Both the position numbers and the translations under genes were made by a program. From positions 1 to 44,316 of the IMG/VR virus record IMGVR_UViG_3300027908_000011: a stretch of DNA of 44,316 nt; one strand, given 5' to 3'. The DNA is from a virus. A model generated the notes under the pieces. The model saw nothing but the letters and a program-made list of their open reading frames with translations, was not told the origin of the DNA and did not search any database. The first letter of the stretch is position 1; each line of letters starts with the position of its first letter. Shown in pieces: positions 28,052 through 37,971 of this stretch.

Positions 28052-29956
28052 TCATTCAGCATCCAGCGGAAGCGGCGTGCGTCCACCGCCAACATCGGGA
28101 CGCTGCGGACCCAGGCTGGCGCGGATCTGACGGTAGCGCGCCTTCAGGATGGGATCGTCGCTGTCGCGCCATGCCTTGAGCTTGTCCATGTTCTGGCGGT
28201 AGGACGGGTCCGCCTGGTTGGTGATCACCCGGCGCCATGCGTTCATCTCGTCAGGCGATACCACGGGGCTCAGCGGGCGGTCGTGCGTGCTGACCTGGCC
28301 ACGGATGGTGTTCATGTCCTGCATGTAGAGCGGACCCTTGCTGGTCTTCTCCTCCACCGGCGGCGCGGAACCTCCCTGAACGTTGGCCATGAACGACTTG
28401 ATCCACCCGGCCGGCACTGTCTTGGTCTCGGCATAGTCGGCGACCAGCTTGGACGTCAGCGCGTCCTTCTGTTCGCTGGTCAGCGGCTTGCCCTGCTGGC
28501 CGGCCTCCTGCTCGGCCTTCATCTGATAGTAGGCCACCTGCAGGTGCTTGACCTGCTCGTCGGCGTCGGTCGGCTTGTCCTTGCCGGTCAGGCCAAGACT
28601 CCCGATCGTGTCGTGCAGGATGTCCCGATCGCTGATGGCGTCGATCGCCTTCGGGCTACGCTTGCCCGCGGCCTGGTCCGCCTGCATGCCGACCAGTTCC
28701 TTGCGTTCCTCGCCGGTCATGTCGGTGAAGTGGTCGAGCGGGTTCCAGCTCAGGAAGGCGTCAGTGCCGACCATGTGGCGCGCGTTGATCCACGCCGGAC
28801 CGCCCGGTTTCGGGCCTTCCTTGGTCGACAGTCGCTGGGCGAGATTTTGCAGGTCGATCTTCTGCTTGTTGTCCAGGCGCTCCCAGTCGGCCGCCGGCAT
28901 GGTGTTCTCGACCTGGACTGACGGATCCTTGTAGATCGCGCCCTCAGCTTTGTCCATGATCGTACCCTGGTCATCGCGCGTCGCCTGCTGGACAGCGGCG
29001 ATGTGGCGCTCGCCGCGATTGAACACGCGGTCGTAGAGCTCGGCATTCTTGGCCAGGTCCGGGTCGGCGTCCAGGCGCTGCATGAACTGTGCGCGCGTCG
29101 TCGGCCCGGTCTGATCCTTCTCGGGCGCCAGGAGCTGGTTCGCCTTGTCGAACGCGCGCTGATTCAGGTCAGTCGTCTTCAGCGCCTCGTTGATCGAATT
29201 GCGCTGCTGGAAGTCGATCTCGCTGCCGTGGTCGGACATGAGCTGGCGCACGTAGTCGGTGTTGCCCTTGGTCAGCGCATCGTTGGCGACCGCTGCGTAC
29301 GTACGGCTGGCGGCCGTCGCCACCTCGTTGTCGATGATCGGCTTGACCGTCTCGGGGTCGCCCTTCTTGCCCCAGTAGTTCTCGATCGCTGCCCGCTGGA
29401 GCTGTAGCTGGTACTGCAGGTGCGAGCCGGTGGCGGGGTCATCGGGCAGACTGTAGCTGTTGACCGCGGACTGAATCGAATTGGCGACCGTCGCCTTGGT
29501 CGTCTCGCCCTGGTACTGGTCGAGCTGCTTGCTGACGTAGCCGTTCATGTGGGCCTGAAGCTGGAACTTCGATTCCAGCGCCATGCGGTCGAATGACTGC
29601 TGCGCCTGTGGATCCTTGATGGTTCCGCGGATCTTGCCCGTCTGCAGGTCGAAGTCCTTCATGGTGTCAGCGGCGACGCCCGGCGACGCCTTGCCACTGT
29701 TCTGCGCCAGGACGCCCTTCTCTGGATCCATGACGGTGTCCTGCATCCAGTCGTGAAGCTGGTTGTGGCCCTCCATGGCCTGCGCCTGGCTGTAGCGAAG
29801 CTGCTGCTCGTAGTGTTCCTTGGCCGCGACTTCGCCGCCGAACTGGATGGCCTCGCCGATGCGGCCGCCCTCGGTGGCGCTGTTGACCATCGGCAGGCTG
29901 CCGCCGGCGGCGACATCGGGGCTGACGTGCTCCTGTCCGATCGGGAGATCGGCCAT
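28052..29956 (-). CDS. internal virion protein, 634 aa (gp15-like by position)
   Basis: Helical, Q/D/K-rich protein that abuts the giant gene with no intergenic spacer. Confidence 0.55.
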   Translation of the reverse strand: MADLPIGQEHVSPDVAAGGSLPMVNSATEGGRIGEAIQFGGEVAAKEHYEQQLRYSQAQAMEGHNQLHDWMQDTVMDPEKGVLAQNSGKASPGVAADTMKDFDLQTGKIRGTIKDPQAQQSFDRMALESKFQLQAHMNGYVSKQLDQYQGETTKATVANSIQSAVNSYSLPDDPATGSHLQYQLQLQRAAIENYWGKKGDPETVKPIIDNEVATAASRTYAAVANDALTKGNTDYVRQLMSDHGSEIDFQQRNSINEALKTTDLNQRAFDKANQLLAPEKDQTGPTTRAQFMQRLDADPDLAKNAELYDRVFNRGERHIAAVQQATRDDQGTIMDKAEGAIYKDPSVQVENTMPAADWERLDNKQKIDLQNLAQRLSTKEGPKPGGPAWINARHMVGTDAFLSWNPLDHFTDMTGEERKELVGMQADQAAGKRSPKAIDAISDRDILHDTIGSLGLTGKDKPTDADEQVKHLQVAYYQMKAEQEAGQQGKPLTSEQKDALTSKLVADYAETKTVPAGWIKSFMANVQGGSAPPVEEKTSKGPLYMQDMNTIRGQVSTHDRPLSPVVSPDEMNAWRRVITNQADPSYRQNMDKLKAWRDSDDPILKARYRQIRASLGPQRPDVGGGRTPLPLDAE

Positions 29957-29959
29957 GGC

Positions 29960-30625
29960 CTACCCCGCTCCCAGGCCGACGCCCGATCCGTGGTAGCCCC
30001 TGTAGGTGCCCTCGCTTTCCAGCCAGTCCTGCGCGCCGGTGGACAGTAGCGTGGACACTGCGCCCAGGTCTCCCTTGGTCTTGGCGGCCTCGCCCTGCAT
30101 CAGATCCGACTGTGCCTGGGTCTCGTAGCCGAGCGCGCGGCGGGCGGCGTTGCGCTCGATCAGCATGCGATCCATCGCAGTCATCTGTGCGGTCGACCCC
30201 AGGACGGCAGCCTCGCCGCCGGCGCCCGCCACAACGCCACTGCCGGCCATGCCTGCACGCTGCGTCTCCGCGAGCTGATGGCCACGCACGGCCGCCAGAT
30301 TGGCGTCGAACCTGCCCTTGTTCAGTTCCTCCTGTTCCTGAGCGAGCGCGGTTCTCGCATTGGCGTCGGCGATGCCGGCGTTCGCCCGGCCAGCGTCGCG
30401 TTGACTGATGGCCGAACCGGCGCCGCCGATGCTGGTCAGCAGCATGGCACCCCAGTTGCCTCCGGGGTTCGCTGCGCCCGACGGCGGCGAGGACTGGGTC
30501 TGATCGGGGAAGCCCTGCGACGGATCTGCGCCGGCGGCCTGACTGGCCGTGGTCATGTTGTTCTGCGCGCTCGCGCTCGCCCCGACATTGCCCGTGTCGC
30601 CCACGCTACCCCTCTCCGACTTCAA
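29960..30625 (-). CDS. internal virion protein, 221 aa (gp14-like by position), Gly/Ala-rich
   Basis: ORF-track entry. An alternative start at 30556 would avoid the 20-nt overlap with the upstream gene. Confidence 0.5.
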   Translation of the reverse strand: MKSERGSVGDTGNVGASASAQNNMTTASQAAGADPSQGFPDQTQSSPPSGAANPGGNWGAMLLTSIGGAGSAISQRDAGRANAGIADANARTALAQEQEELNKGRFDANLAAVRGHQLAETQRAGMAGSGVVAGAGGEAAVLGSTAQMTAMDRMLIERNAARRALGYETQAQSDLMQGEAAKTKGDLGAVSTLLSTGAQDWLESEGTYRGYHGSGVGLGAG

Positions 30626-33600
30626 AGGTGACTATCACGCCGGAGATGCTGAAGGGAAGGGGATCCTGCTGGCGGAACCACAGTCCGCCGCCCTCGACGG
30701 GATCGCCCGATACCGGCACGCGCTTGGGTCCGGTGTACGGGACGATCGGCTGACCCCAGGTGAGCGACGACGGCTTGTTCGGGGGCGGACCCCACGCCGG
30801 CTGATTCCAGGGCAGCAGATGGTTCTGGTCGTAGCCGAACTGACCGCCGTTGGTGTTGTAGAAGATTGGCGTGCATTCGCGCACCACGACGTGCTTGTTC
30901 AGGATGGTCTCGCCCTGGCTGTTCTCCAGCGGAACGAGCTGACCGTCGCACTGGTACGGCACGCCGGCGATGACGACCAGCGCGGCCTGCGGGATCGTGA
31001 ACTGACCGCTGCCGTTGACCACGATCGGCGGATAGGGATTTGACCCGCCGGGGCCGGTCGTGTTCAGCGGGCTGGCGATGACCTGGCCGTCGCCGACGAT
31101 CGCCAGCGACTGACCGATGAGCTGCGTCATGCCAGTCAGCACGGTCAGTCCCTTGCCCCAGACGCTGATTGCTGACTGCGCCCACGTTGGCACATCGCGC
31201 TCGCAGTAGGCCGTGACGACGGTCGTGCTGGTGTAGCCGAATATCTGGAACGTGACCTGGTCGGTGACCAGGCCGGTCGGACCCAGAAGCTGCATGACGA
31301 CGGTGTTCTGATTCGTCACGTCTGACGCCGCGAAGTGCGCGACTGACGCGGTCAGCGTGATGAGCTGGCCCTGCGCCCAGGTCGTTCCGGTGGTCGCGGT
31401 GACCGTCGATGCGTCAGTGACGTGGCCGTCGTAGACCAGCGAACAGTCAGATCCTACGAAGTCGCTGTAGAGCACGGTGTCGTTGTACTCGCGCTGGGTC
31501 AGCTTCTCCAGATACCGGACAGTCGCGCCGCCGATGATCCTGGTGGTCGTCAGGTAGAGCGTCTGATTCACGCCTTCCTGCACGACGGCGACGTTCTCCA
31601 CGCGGCCAGAAGCATGTGTGTGCCACGCCTTGATGTTCTGACTTTGGTCGTAGGTCAGACCGTAGAGCGCGCCGTTGGACATGGCGCACCAGACGATCGA
31701 GTCCTTGAGCTTCTGCCAGGCCATATCGTTGATCGTGGCGTTCTGGAACAGGTCGGCGTTGTAGACCGTCAGATCATCGCCGGTGTAGGTGTAGCTGCGA
31801 ATGTCGAAGCGGAAGTCCCGGATCTGATTCCCGCCGGACTGCACGTACAGCGCGGTGTTGCCGATGACCACCGGCAGCGGCAGCCGGCAGCCATTGGTGC
31901 CGTGGCGCTGCAAGGTGACCGCGGTTGGCGTCACCGTGTTGAACTGATTGCCGAAGCAGACGTACTCGTAGGCGCCAGTCATAATGACCAGCTTCTGCAG
32001 GTCGAGGATGGCGATGACGCCCTGCGCTTCGTCCTGGGCGATGACGAACTCCAGCGGCCCGCTGTCGACGATCGGCGTCGGCACGTTGAAATTGTTGTAG
32101 GTGCCGACGCGGCTGAACCACACCGTGGTCGGCAGATTCACCGTGCTGGCCAGGAACAGGCGCTGCTGGAAGTAGGCGACCACGCCGGGGAAGTTGCCGA
32201 ATGACTGGAACAGCAGCGATCCGTCGGCGTTGGTGTACGGGATCGGCGGCTGGACGCTGTAGTTCGGCTGGATGTTGGTGTCGCTGAACGTCGGCGAGAG
32301 CGAGATGCCGATCAGGCCAGGGATTCCATTGACGATGCTATAGATGTTGTAGCTGCTGGCGCCGGTGACGGGGGTCCAGGTGATGACGTTCGGGGTGGCG
32401 TCAGTCGGAGTCCCGCCGATGCAGATCGACGAGCTGGATGCCAGGCTCTCGCTGCCATCCGTGCTGCTGACGGCGGTCACGACGTACGTGAAGGTGATCG
32501 TGCCGGACGGCAGGGCCGGTGGCGGCATGGCCCCATTTGGCGTGATGCCGCTGTCGACGAATGGGCCATTCGGTCCAGTCGTGTTGCCGATGAAACCGTA
32601 GGCGGATCCGCTGATCAGCTTGTAGATCAGGTAATTCTCGATCGCCGTCGTGCCGCTGTTGGTCCATGACAGGGTCACCGGATTGGCGGCGTCAGCCTTG
32701 CCGACCGACGACACCGCGATGGCAGACGGGCCGCTGATGAACACCACGCCAGCGCTGCAAACGACGTAGGTGTCCTTGGCGAACGCGCCGTCGCCTCCCG
32801 TCGCCACGACGCTGGATGGGGGGCTCGCGCCGCCGGACGGGTTGGTTCCCGCCACAGCGCTGACGCCAGTTGGTGCGGCCAGGGCGGCGCCGGCGATGAA
32901 CGGCGTGATGCGCCATGCGATGTCCGACGTGCGCGTGAGCTGGAATGGCGCGAACTGCTGGCCGACGACGGTCATCACATCGTTGAGATTCGCCACCTGA
33001 AGCGACGCGAGCGATCCCTGTGGCAGCGCCAACATGTAATTGCCGGTGGTGCTCGCTGATCCGGCCGTGTAGTTGACGGGGATGTCGAGCAGGTAGTTGC
33101 CGGCGCCGTTGTCGACCATGGCCTTCCACGGTTGCTGGCCCGTGCTCGATCCCGGGGTCACGGCGTGCGTGTTCGGCGCCTGGCAAATATAACCGGCCCC
33201 GACGTAGGACACGATGTCGCCGACCTGGTAGGTGGTAGCGCCGCTGTACGCCGTCATTTGCGACAGCGCGACAGCGACCTGCACGCCGTTCTTGTAGACC
33301 CTGATGTTGTTGACGCTGAAGACCAGCAGATAGCTCGTGGTGTAGTTGAACACGAACTTGATCAGTCGCACCGGGGCGCTTGCAGGTATGGACGTCCAGC
33401 CGCTGGGGTTGGCCAGCGGGCTCGCGCTCCCTTGTGCCAGGCACACGTACTCAGAGCCAAGGAAGGAGATCGTGTTGCCCGGAAAATAGGTGAAGCTGCC
33501 GTTCCACGGAGACACGCACGACTGATAGTTCATCGTGTCGAGGTACAGCGTCCCGGGGCGCGACGTGGCGGCGCCGTAGCGCGGGATGTAGATGTTGTTC

Positions 33601-33707
33601 AGCGTCAGCGCGCCCTCGGCGACCTTCGCCGTGTCGTGACGGCTCAGGAGCTGCGCGCTCACGCGGCCGCCGACGAACGCCTGCTGCTTGATCGTGTGGG
33701 CGGTCAT
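30606..33707 (-). CDS. tail tubular protein B / nozzle (gp12-like), enlarged to 1033 aa by CBM5/12-like and FN3-like inserts
   Basis: It follows the gp11-like gene, and its N-terminus contains GG...R.D..K...G...L.N......G....RPGT. Two Y..GD.VSY.G..Y.C......P.....W motifs and two ..TW(T)......Y.IY FN3-like modules are present. Confidence 0.6.
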   Translation of the reverse strand: MTAHTIKQQAFVGGRVSAQLLSRHDTAKVAEGALTLNNIYIPRYGAATSRPGTLYLDTMNYQSCVSPWNGSFTYFPGNTISFLGSEYVCLAQGSASPLANPSGWTSIPASAPVRLIKFVFNYTTSYLLVFSVNNIRVYKNGVQVAVALSQMTAYSGATTYQVGDIVSYVGAGYICQAPNTHAVTPGSSTGQQPWKAMVDNGAGNYLLDIPVNYTAGSASTTGNYMLALPQGSLASLQVANLNDVMTVVGQQFAPFQLTRTSDIAWRITPFIAGAALAAPTGVSAVAGTNPSGGASPPSSVVATGGDGAFAKDTYVVCSAGVVFISGPSAIAVSSVGKADAANPVTLSWTNSGTTAIENYLIYKLISGSAYGFIGNTTGPNGPFVDSGITPNGAMPPPALPSGTITFTYVVTAVSSTDGSESLASSSSICIGGTPTDATPNVITWTPVTGASSYNIYSIVNGIPGLIGISLSPTFSDTNIQPNYSVQPPIPYTNADGSLLFQSFGNFPGVVAYFQQRLFLASTVNLPTTVWFSRVGTYNNFNVPTPIVDSGPLEFVIAQDEAQGVIAILDLQKLVIMTGAYEYVCFGNQFNTVTPTAVTLQRHGTNGCRLPLPVVIGNTALYVQSGGNQIRDFRFDIRSYTYTGDDLTVYNADLFQNATINDMAWQKLKDSIVWCAMSNGALYGLTYDQSQNIKAWHTHASGRVENVAVVQEGVNQTLYLTTTRIIGGATVRYLEKLTQREYNDTVLYSDFVGSDCSLVYDGHVTDASTVTATTGTTWAQGQLITLTASVAHFAASDVTNQNTVVMQLLGPTGLVTDQVTFQIFGYTSTTVVTAYCERDVPTWAQSAISVWGKGLTVLTGMTQLIGQSLAIVGDGQVIASPLNTTGPGGSNPYPPIVVNGSGQFTIPQAALVVIAGVPYQCDGQLVPLENSQGETILNKHVVVRECTPIFYNTNGGQFGYDQNHLLPWNQPAWGPPPNKPSSLTWGQPIVPYTGPKRVPVSGDPVEGGGLWFRQQDPLPFSISGVIVTFEVGEG

Positions 33708-34441
33708 CAGCCGCCCCAGCGCGCTCTGATGGTCTCAGCCTGGTGGCGCAGATACGGGATGTCCGACTGCATCTCGTTGAAGCTGGCCGCGCGCACCTTG
33801 CACTTGGTCTCCTCGGCCATCTTCATGCAGTATTCGCGCTTCTTGACGTCGTACGACAGCGCCATCGCCAGATCGCCGCCCAGGCGCCAAGCCAGGTGAT
33901 CGATGAAGTCGGCGTGGAACACCGCGGGGTTCGTCGAGTTCCCGGTGTAGATCGCGGTCATGCCGTACTGGGTGTTGTACATGTCCATGCAGATCAACAG
34001 TCCCTGGCTGTCCTGCGACAGTCCGTAGGGCACCGGATAGGCATCGCCGACCGCGCGGCGCCAGCTCTCGTTGTACCAGTAGTTGATGCCGAACACGCCG
34101 GTCGTCTGCGGGATCACGACGCCGACGAGCGGTGTGGGCGTGAAGACCACGCGGTGCAGCTTCAGGCAGTCGGACGGGTAGCGGAAGCTGCGCAGCCACT
34201 GTGCATTCGCGCGCGAGTTGGTGGTCTCGGGGCCGGCGACCTGCGTCAGCAGGAAGTAGACCTCGGACCACGGGAACGGGAAGTCATTGAGGATCGCGTC
34301 GCGGTCCTGCGGATAGAACAGCGCGCAGGTCGATGCTTCGTTGGTCTGATCAGTCAGCGCGCCGATCTGCTGATTGCTGCCCGCGCGCTTGAGCGCGAGA
34401 TTGCAGATCGACGCTTCCGACACCAGGTTGGGCGTGCCCAC
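33707..34441 (-). CDS. tail tubular protein A / adaptor (gp11-like)
   Basis: The N-terminal pattern SICNLALKRAGSNQQIGALTDQTNEASTCALFYPQDRDAILNDFPFPW is typical of this family. The gene shares one nucleotide (33707) with the start of the nozzle gene. Confidence 0.6.
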   Translation of the reverse strand: MGTPNLVSEASICNLALKRAGSNQQIGALTDQTNEASTCALFYPQDRDAILNDFPFPWSEVYFLLTQVAGPETTNSRANAQWLRSFRYPSDCLKLHRVVFTPTPLVGVVIPQTTGVFGINYWYNESWRRAVGDAYPVPYGLSQDSQGLLICMDMYNTQYGMTAIYTGNSTNPAVFHADFIDHLAWRLGGDLAMALSYDVKKREYCMKMAEETKCKVRAASFNEMQSDIPYLRHQAETIRARWGG

Positions 34442-34458
34442 GGGTCACCCCCATCAGG

Positions 34459-34935
34459 TCAGACCGGCAGCGGTGCGATGCGCTGGCCGCGTGCGGCGGT
34501 CTGGGGCTTGTCGACCGCGACCACCTGGGTGACCTGCACAGCCGAGGCGTCGGCCGCACTGATCTCCAGCAGGTGACGGTTCAGGTGGCGCCGGGTGGCG
34601 AGCTGGAACACGTCGCCGCGCTTGCCCTGGCTGGGGTCGGCCTTGTTGCGCCAGATGCCGTAGGCGCCGGTGGGCTCCTGCGGGCTCGGCGGATTGGGGT
34701 ACAGGCAGTTCTCGAGCGCCTCCACCCACAGCGCGGGCTCCTTGCCCCAAGGGTAGGCTTCCTCGGGCACCGGCGGCGGCACGGGCTCGGGCGGGGCCGC
34801 GGTCTTGGCCTCCATCGCGGTCAGTCGGGCGGCGAGCTCCGCGCTGGTCGACTGCATGGTGGACATGCCGCCGACGACGAGCTTGATCAGATCGCCGAGC
34901 TCCTTGACGGACTGGGCCAGTTCCTTGTCGCTCAT
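34459..34935 (-). CDS. hypothetical virion-module protein, 158 aa
   Basis: ORF-track entry lying between the decoration-like and adaptor genes. Confidence 0.5.
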   Translation of the reverse strand: MSDKELAQSVKELGDLIKLVVGGMSTMQSTSAELAARLTAMEAKTAAPPEPVPPPVPEEAYPWGKEPALWVEALENCLYPNPPSPQEPTGAYGIWRNKADPSQGKRGDVFQLATRRHLNRHLLEISAADASAVQVTQVVAVDKPQTAARGQRIAPLPV

Positions 34936-34966
34936 GGGGTCGCTTTCAGTGCGCGTGGTTGGCGGA

Positions 34967-35461
34967 TCAGACCGAGTAGCCGGCGGCGTACTGGTTGTTG
35001 CTCTGGATGCCCTGGTTGGTCATCCAGGCGTACCAGCTGCCGGTGGTCAGCGCCGCGGTGGCGATCACGACCGCGAAGGCGTAGTAGCGCAGCGGGGTGC
35101 CGATCGCCAGGTACTCGGCGAAGGGCTGGGTGTCGACCGGGATGGCCTGGTGGTACTGGGCCACGAACACCGACGCGGCGAGCACGCCGGTCTGGGCGAT
35201 GACCACGTTGCCGGACGCGAAGGTCGGGTCGCTGGGATTGCCCAGGAGCTGCAGGTTGATGGTCGGGCTGGAGCCCGTGCTGGCCGCGGTGACCGTGGTG
35301 AAGTAGAACCACAGCGGCGCGCCGAAGCCGTCATCCATCGGGATGTTCCGGTCGATGTACGACCCGGACGCGGTGTTGACGTGCGTGGCCGCGGTCGTCG
35401 GCGCGTAGGCGGTCAGCAGGCCGCCGGACTGGGTCAGGCAATCGGTGAGGTCGAGCAGCAT
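34967..35461 (-). CDS. putative capsid decoration/cement protein, 164 aa
   Basis: Beta-rich protein. It would be the first gene after the major capsid gene if the inserted HNH gene is ignored. The assignment rests on position only. Confidence 0.4.
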   Translation of the reverse strand: MLLDLTDCLTQSGGLLTAYAPTTAATHVNTASGSYIDRNIPMDDGFGAPLWFYFTTVTAASTGSSPTINLQLLGNPSDPTFASGNVVIAQTGVLAASVFVAQYHQAIPVDTQPFAEYLAIGTPLRYYAFAVVIATAALTTGSWYAWMTNQGIQSNNQYAAGYSV

Positions 35462-35517
35462 GGCTGGGTTCCTTGATCTATGTTGCTTGGTCTGTGTTGA
35501 GTGTTATTCTAAACCGC

Positions 35518-36027
35518 ATGACCAAAATACTGAAAGCCAACGTCACCGCGGAAGAATGGGCCGATCACCTGGCGAAACGACGCGCGTACACCGCCCAGGA
35601 CAAATCCAAGGCGGCGCGCAAGGCGCTGGACGCCAGCCCGGATGCCGTTGCCCGACGCGCGGCATATCACCTGAAGCCGGAGAACAAGGCACGCGCGAAG
35701 GAGCGCTACCGCAAGCGCGCAGAGCGCGATCCCGATTACGTGAGACGGCGCGTCGAGCGAAGCCGGGTGTGGCGCTCTGGTTTCGACGACAAGACCATTG
35801 CAGCGCTGATCGCCAAGCAGGAGAACAAGTGCGCCATTTGCGGAGCGGACTTCAGCAGACGGAGAATGGTCGGCGATCACTGCCACGCCACGGGTCGTCC
35901 GCGGGGGCTGCTCTGCCACCATTGCAACATCATCGAAGGCATGCTCGTTCATGTGGGCCTGGATCCTCTTGAGTACGTCTGCAGACTGGATGCTTATCTA
36001 AGAAACCCGCCAGCGTTTTCGCTGTAA
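35518..36027 (+). CDS. endonuclease VII-type HNH endonuclease (free-standing, homing-like)
   Basis: CAICGADFSRRRMVGDHCHATGRPRGLLCHHCNIIEG matches the Endonuclease_7 pattern. It is the only plus-strand gene in the virion module. The track start TTG 35473 is possible, but the ATG at 35518 is preferred. Confidence 0.8.
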   Translation: MTKILKANVTAEEWADHLAKRRAYTAQDKSKAARKALDASPDAVARRAAYHLKPENKARAKERYRKRAERDPDYVRRRVERSRVWRSGFDDKTIAALIAKQENKCAICGADFSRRRMVGDHCHATGRPRGLLCHHCNIIEGMLVHVGLDPLEYVCRLDAYLRNPPAFSL

Positions 36028-36031
36028 GTCC

Positions 36032-37084
36032 TTACGTCAACTGGGCCTCCGTGTTGGTTATTTGATCGATATTCCGCACCGGGATGCCGGCGAAGTGGAT
36101 CACCTTGTGGCCATACCAGTCTTCCATCGAGAGCTGGTTGTTGGTCTTGTTCAGCATCTGCTTGTGCAGCGCGGCGCGCACGCGGCGGTTGCAGTAGAAC
36201 ACCTGCTTGCCGGGGATGACCAGGCTGGACATCGGGTTGCCCGAGGTCGAAGGCGGGGTGCTGATGGACGGCATGCGGTACATCAGATCGATCATGCCCT
36301 CGGTCAGATCGGTCGCGCCGGTCTGATTGAGTAGGTTGGTCGAGTCGATGTTGCACAGACGGCCGGTCCAGCGCCAGTCCCAGAGCGCGAGGCCCTGGTC
36401 AAGCGTCCACTGCTCCTGGTGGCCGCGCAGGCGGGTGCCGCCGACGCCGGTCGAGCCCTGGATGACCACGTCCGGGTTGACGAAGTGGTTGATGCCCGAC
36501 GCCACGCCCTTGGGGAAGAACATGTGGGTGGCGTACGGCGCCCAGGTGACCAGCCAGATGCTGGTGTTGACGGTCGAGGTCCCGCCGCCGTCGATGACGT
36601 TCTGGGCGTTGTAGGCGTTCGCCGTCGACACGGTCGAGTAGCGCGGCGCCAGGCCGAGGAACTGGGTGGGGTCGACGGAGGTATCGCCGTAGATGAAGCA
36701 GTTCGCCCACTTCTCGACGATCGACTCCATGAAGCCCAGCGACTGCTGGTAGAGGAACCCTCCCTGGTCGGCCCAGAGCTTGAGCATGCGGGCGTCGTAC
36801 TCGGCCCAGGTCTCGAAGATCGCCATCGACTCCTGGATCTGGGCGGTCTGACCGCGGCTGACCTGCACCGGGCTGTTGAGCTGACGGGTGTAGGTGGTCG
36901 GCAGGCCGGTGCGCTGCGTGATGACGTGGCCGGTGGGCAGGTTGCCCTCCAGCACCACGGCGTCCTGCATCGCCTCGTTCGACTGATTCAGGAGCTCGGC
37001 GATGACCGCCGGTCCGAAGTCAGGAGCGCGGGTCTTGGCCCAGCTGATGAGATCGTAGACTGCGGTGGCGGTGGTACCGGCCAT
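36032..37084 (-). CDS. major capsid protein (HK97 fold; epsilon15/BPP-1-type by resemblance)
   Basis: 350 aa, immediately downstream of the scaffold-like gene. Motifs such as SIWLVTWAPYATHMFFPKG...LALWDWRWTGRLCNID...FYCNRRV recall this capsid family. Confidence 0.8.
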   Translation of the reverse strand: MAGTTATAVYDLISWAKTRAPDFGPAVIAELLNQSNEAMQDAVVLEGNLPTGHVITQRTGLPTTYTRQLNSPVQVSRGQTAQIQESMAIFETWAEYDARMLKLWADQGGFLYQQSLGFMESIVEKWANCFIYGDTSVDPTQFLGLAPRYSTVSTANAYNAQNVIDGGGTSTVNTSIWLVTWAPYATHMFFPKGVASGINHFVNPDVVIQGSTGVGGTRLRGHQEQWTLDQGLALWDWRWTGRLCNIDSTNLLNQTGATDLTEGMIDLMYRMPSISTPPSTSGNPMSSLVIPGKQVFYCNRRVRAALHKQMLNKTNNQLSMEDWYGHKVIHFAGIPVRNIDQITNTEAQLT

Positions 37085-37143
37085 GGTAGACTCCCAGCCC
37101 CGAATTACCGGGGAAATTGGAGGATGCGCGGATCAGGAAAGAG

Positions 37144-37920
37144 CTATCGCGGGCCGTATCCGAGCGCCGCGGCGGCCTCGGCCTGGTTGGTGGGCGCCGC
37201 TTTGGCCGGCGCGGCGGAACCGCGATGGATCACGTCTTCGCGCGGGATGAAGCGCGCGAGGTCGTTCAGGATCTGGAGGAAGGTGGGGTTGTTGGCGAAC
37301 GCGCTCTTGGCGACCGCCTGGCGCTGTTCGGGCGTCAGTGTGGTGGCGGACAGTACCGCCTTCACGTTGGCCATGGTCTGCGGCAGGTTCGCGCCGCCGA
37401 TGACCGGGTGCGCCTTGGTCTGCTGCGCCCACAGTGCGGCGGTGGCGTTGACCTCGGCGACGCGCAGGGCGTTCTGTTCGACAGCGAACGCCTGGGCCTT
37501 GTCCTGGGGCAGCGACAGTCCGCGGGCGATCTTGGTCAGTCCGTCGAGCTCGCTGGCGGTCAGGATGCCGTTCTCGATCGGGGCGATCTTGTAGTCCGGC
37601 AGCGGCGCGGGGGCGGCCGCAGGAGCCGGGGCGGCAGCGGGCGGCGCAGCCGGATCAGGCGCGGGGGCGGCTTCTTCGAGCAGGGTGGTGAACCCGGGCT
37701 TGGGCGCGGCGGCGGCGGGGGCCGGCGTTGGCGCCCCGGCAGCGGGTGCAGCCGGCGCCGGCGCAGGAGCGTTGACCGGAGCGGGCGCACTGACCACCGC
37801 TGCCGGGGCCGCGGGTGCCGCCGGCGGTGTCTGCGATACGAGGGGCGGAACGACTGCGCCTCCCGGACCAGCGGGGGGCATGAGTGGTACGCTCGTCGGA
37901 GCAGGAGCCGGGTCGGGCAT
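37144..37920 (-). CDS. scaffolding protein (Pro/Ala-rich N-terminal half, helical C-terminal half)
   Basis: Assigned from composition and from its position between the portal region and the capsid gene. Confidence 0.6.
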   Translation of the reverse strand: MPDPAPAPTSVPLMPPAGPGGAVVPPLVSQTPPAAPAAPAAVVSAPAPVNAPAPAPAAPAAGAPTPAPAAAAPKPGFTTLLEEAAPAPDPAAPPAAAPAPAAAPAPLPDYKIAPIENGILTASELDGLTKIARGLSLPQDKAQAFAVEQNALRVAEVNATAALWAQQTKAHPVIGGANLPQTMANVKAVLSATTLTPEQRQAVAKSAFANNPTFLQILNDLARFIPREDVIHRGSAAPAKAAPTNQAEAAAALGYGPR

Positions 37921-37971
37921 GGCCGGACTCTATGCGTGTTCCGTCTCCATGTCAAGACATCCATGCAAAGA

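Noticed and set aside
37144-37920. The Pro/Ala-rich tract PAPAPAAPAAGAPTPAPAAAAP in the scaffold-like gene, and the A/P-rich N-terminus of the AAA_5 ATPase, as unusual repeats.
   Set aside because: These are irregular low-complexity coding sequence of the kind common in GC-rich phage scaffolds and linkers. At the DNA level they are not tandem repeats like the tract at 11579..11818.
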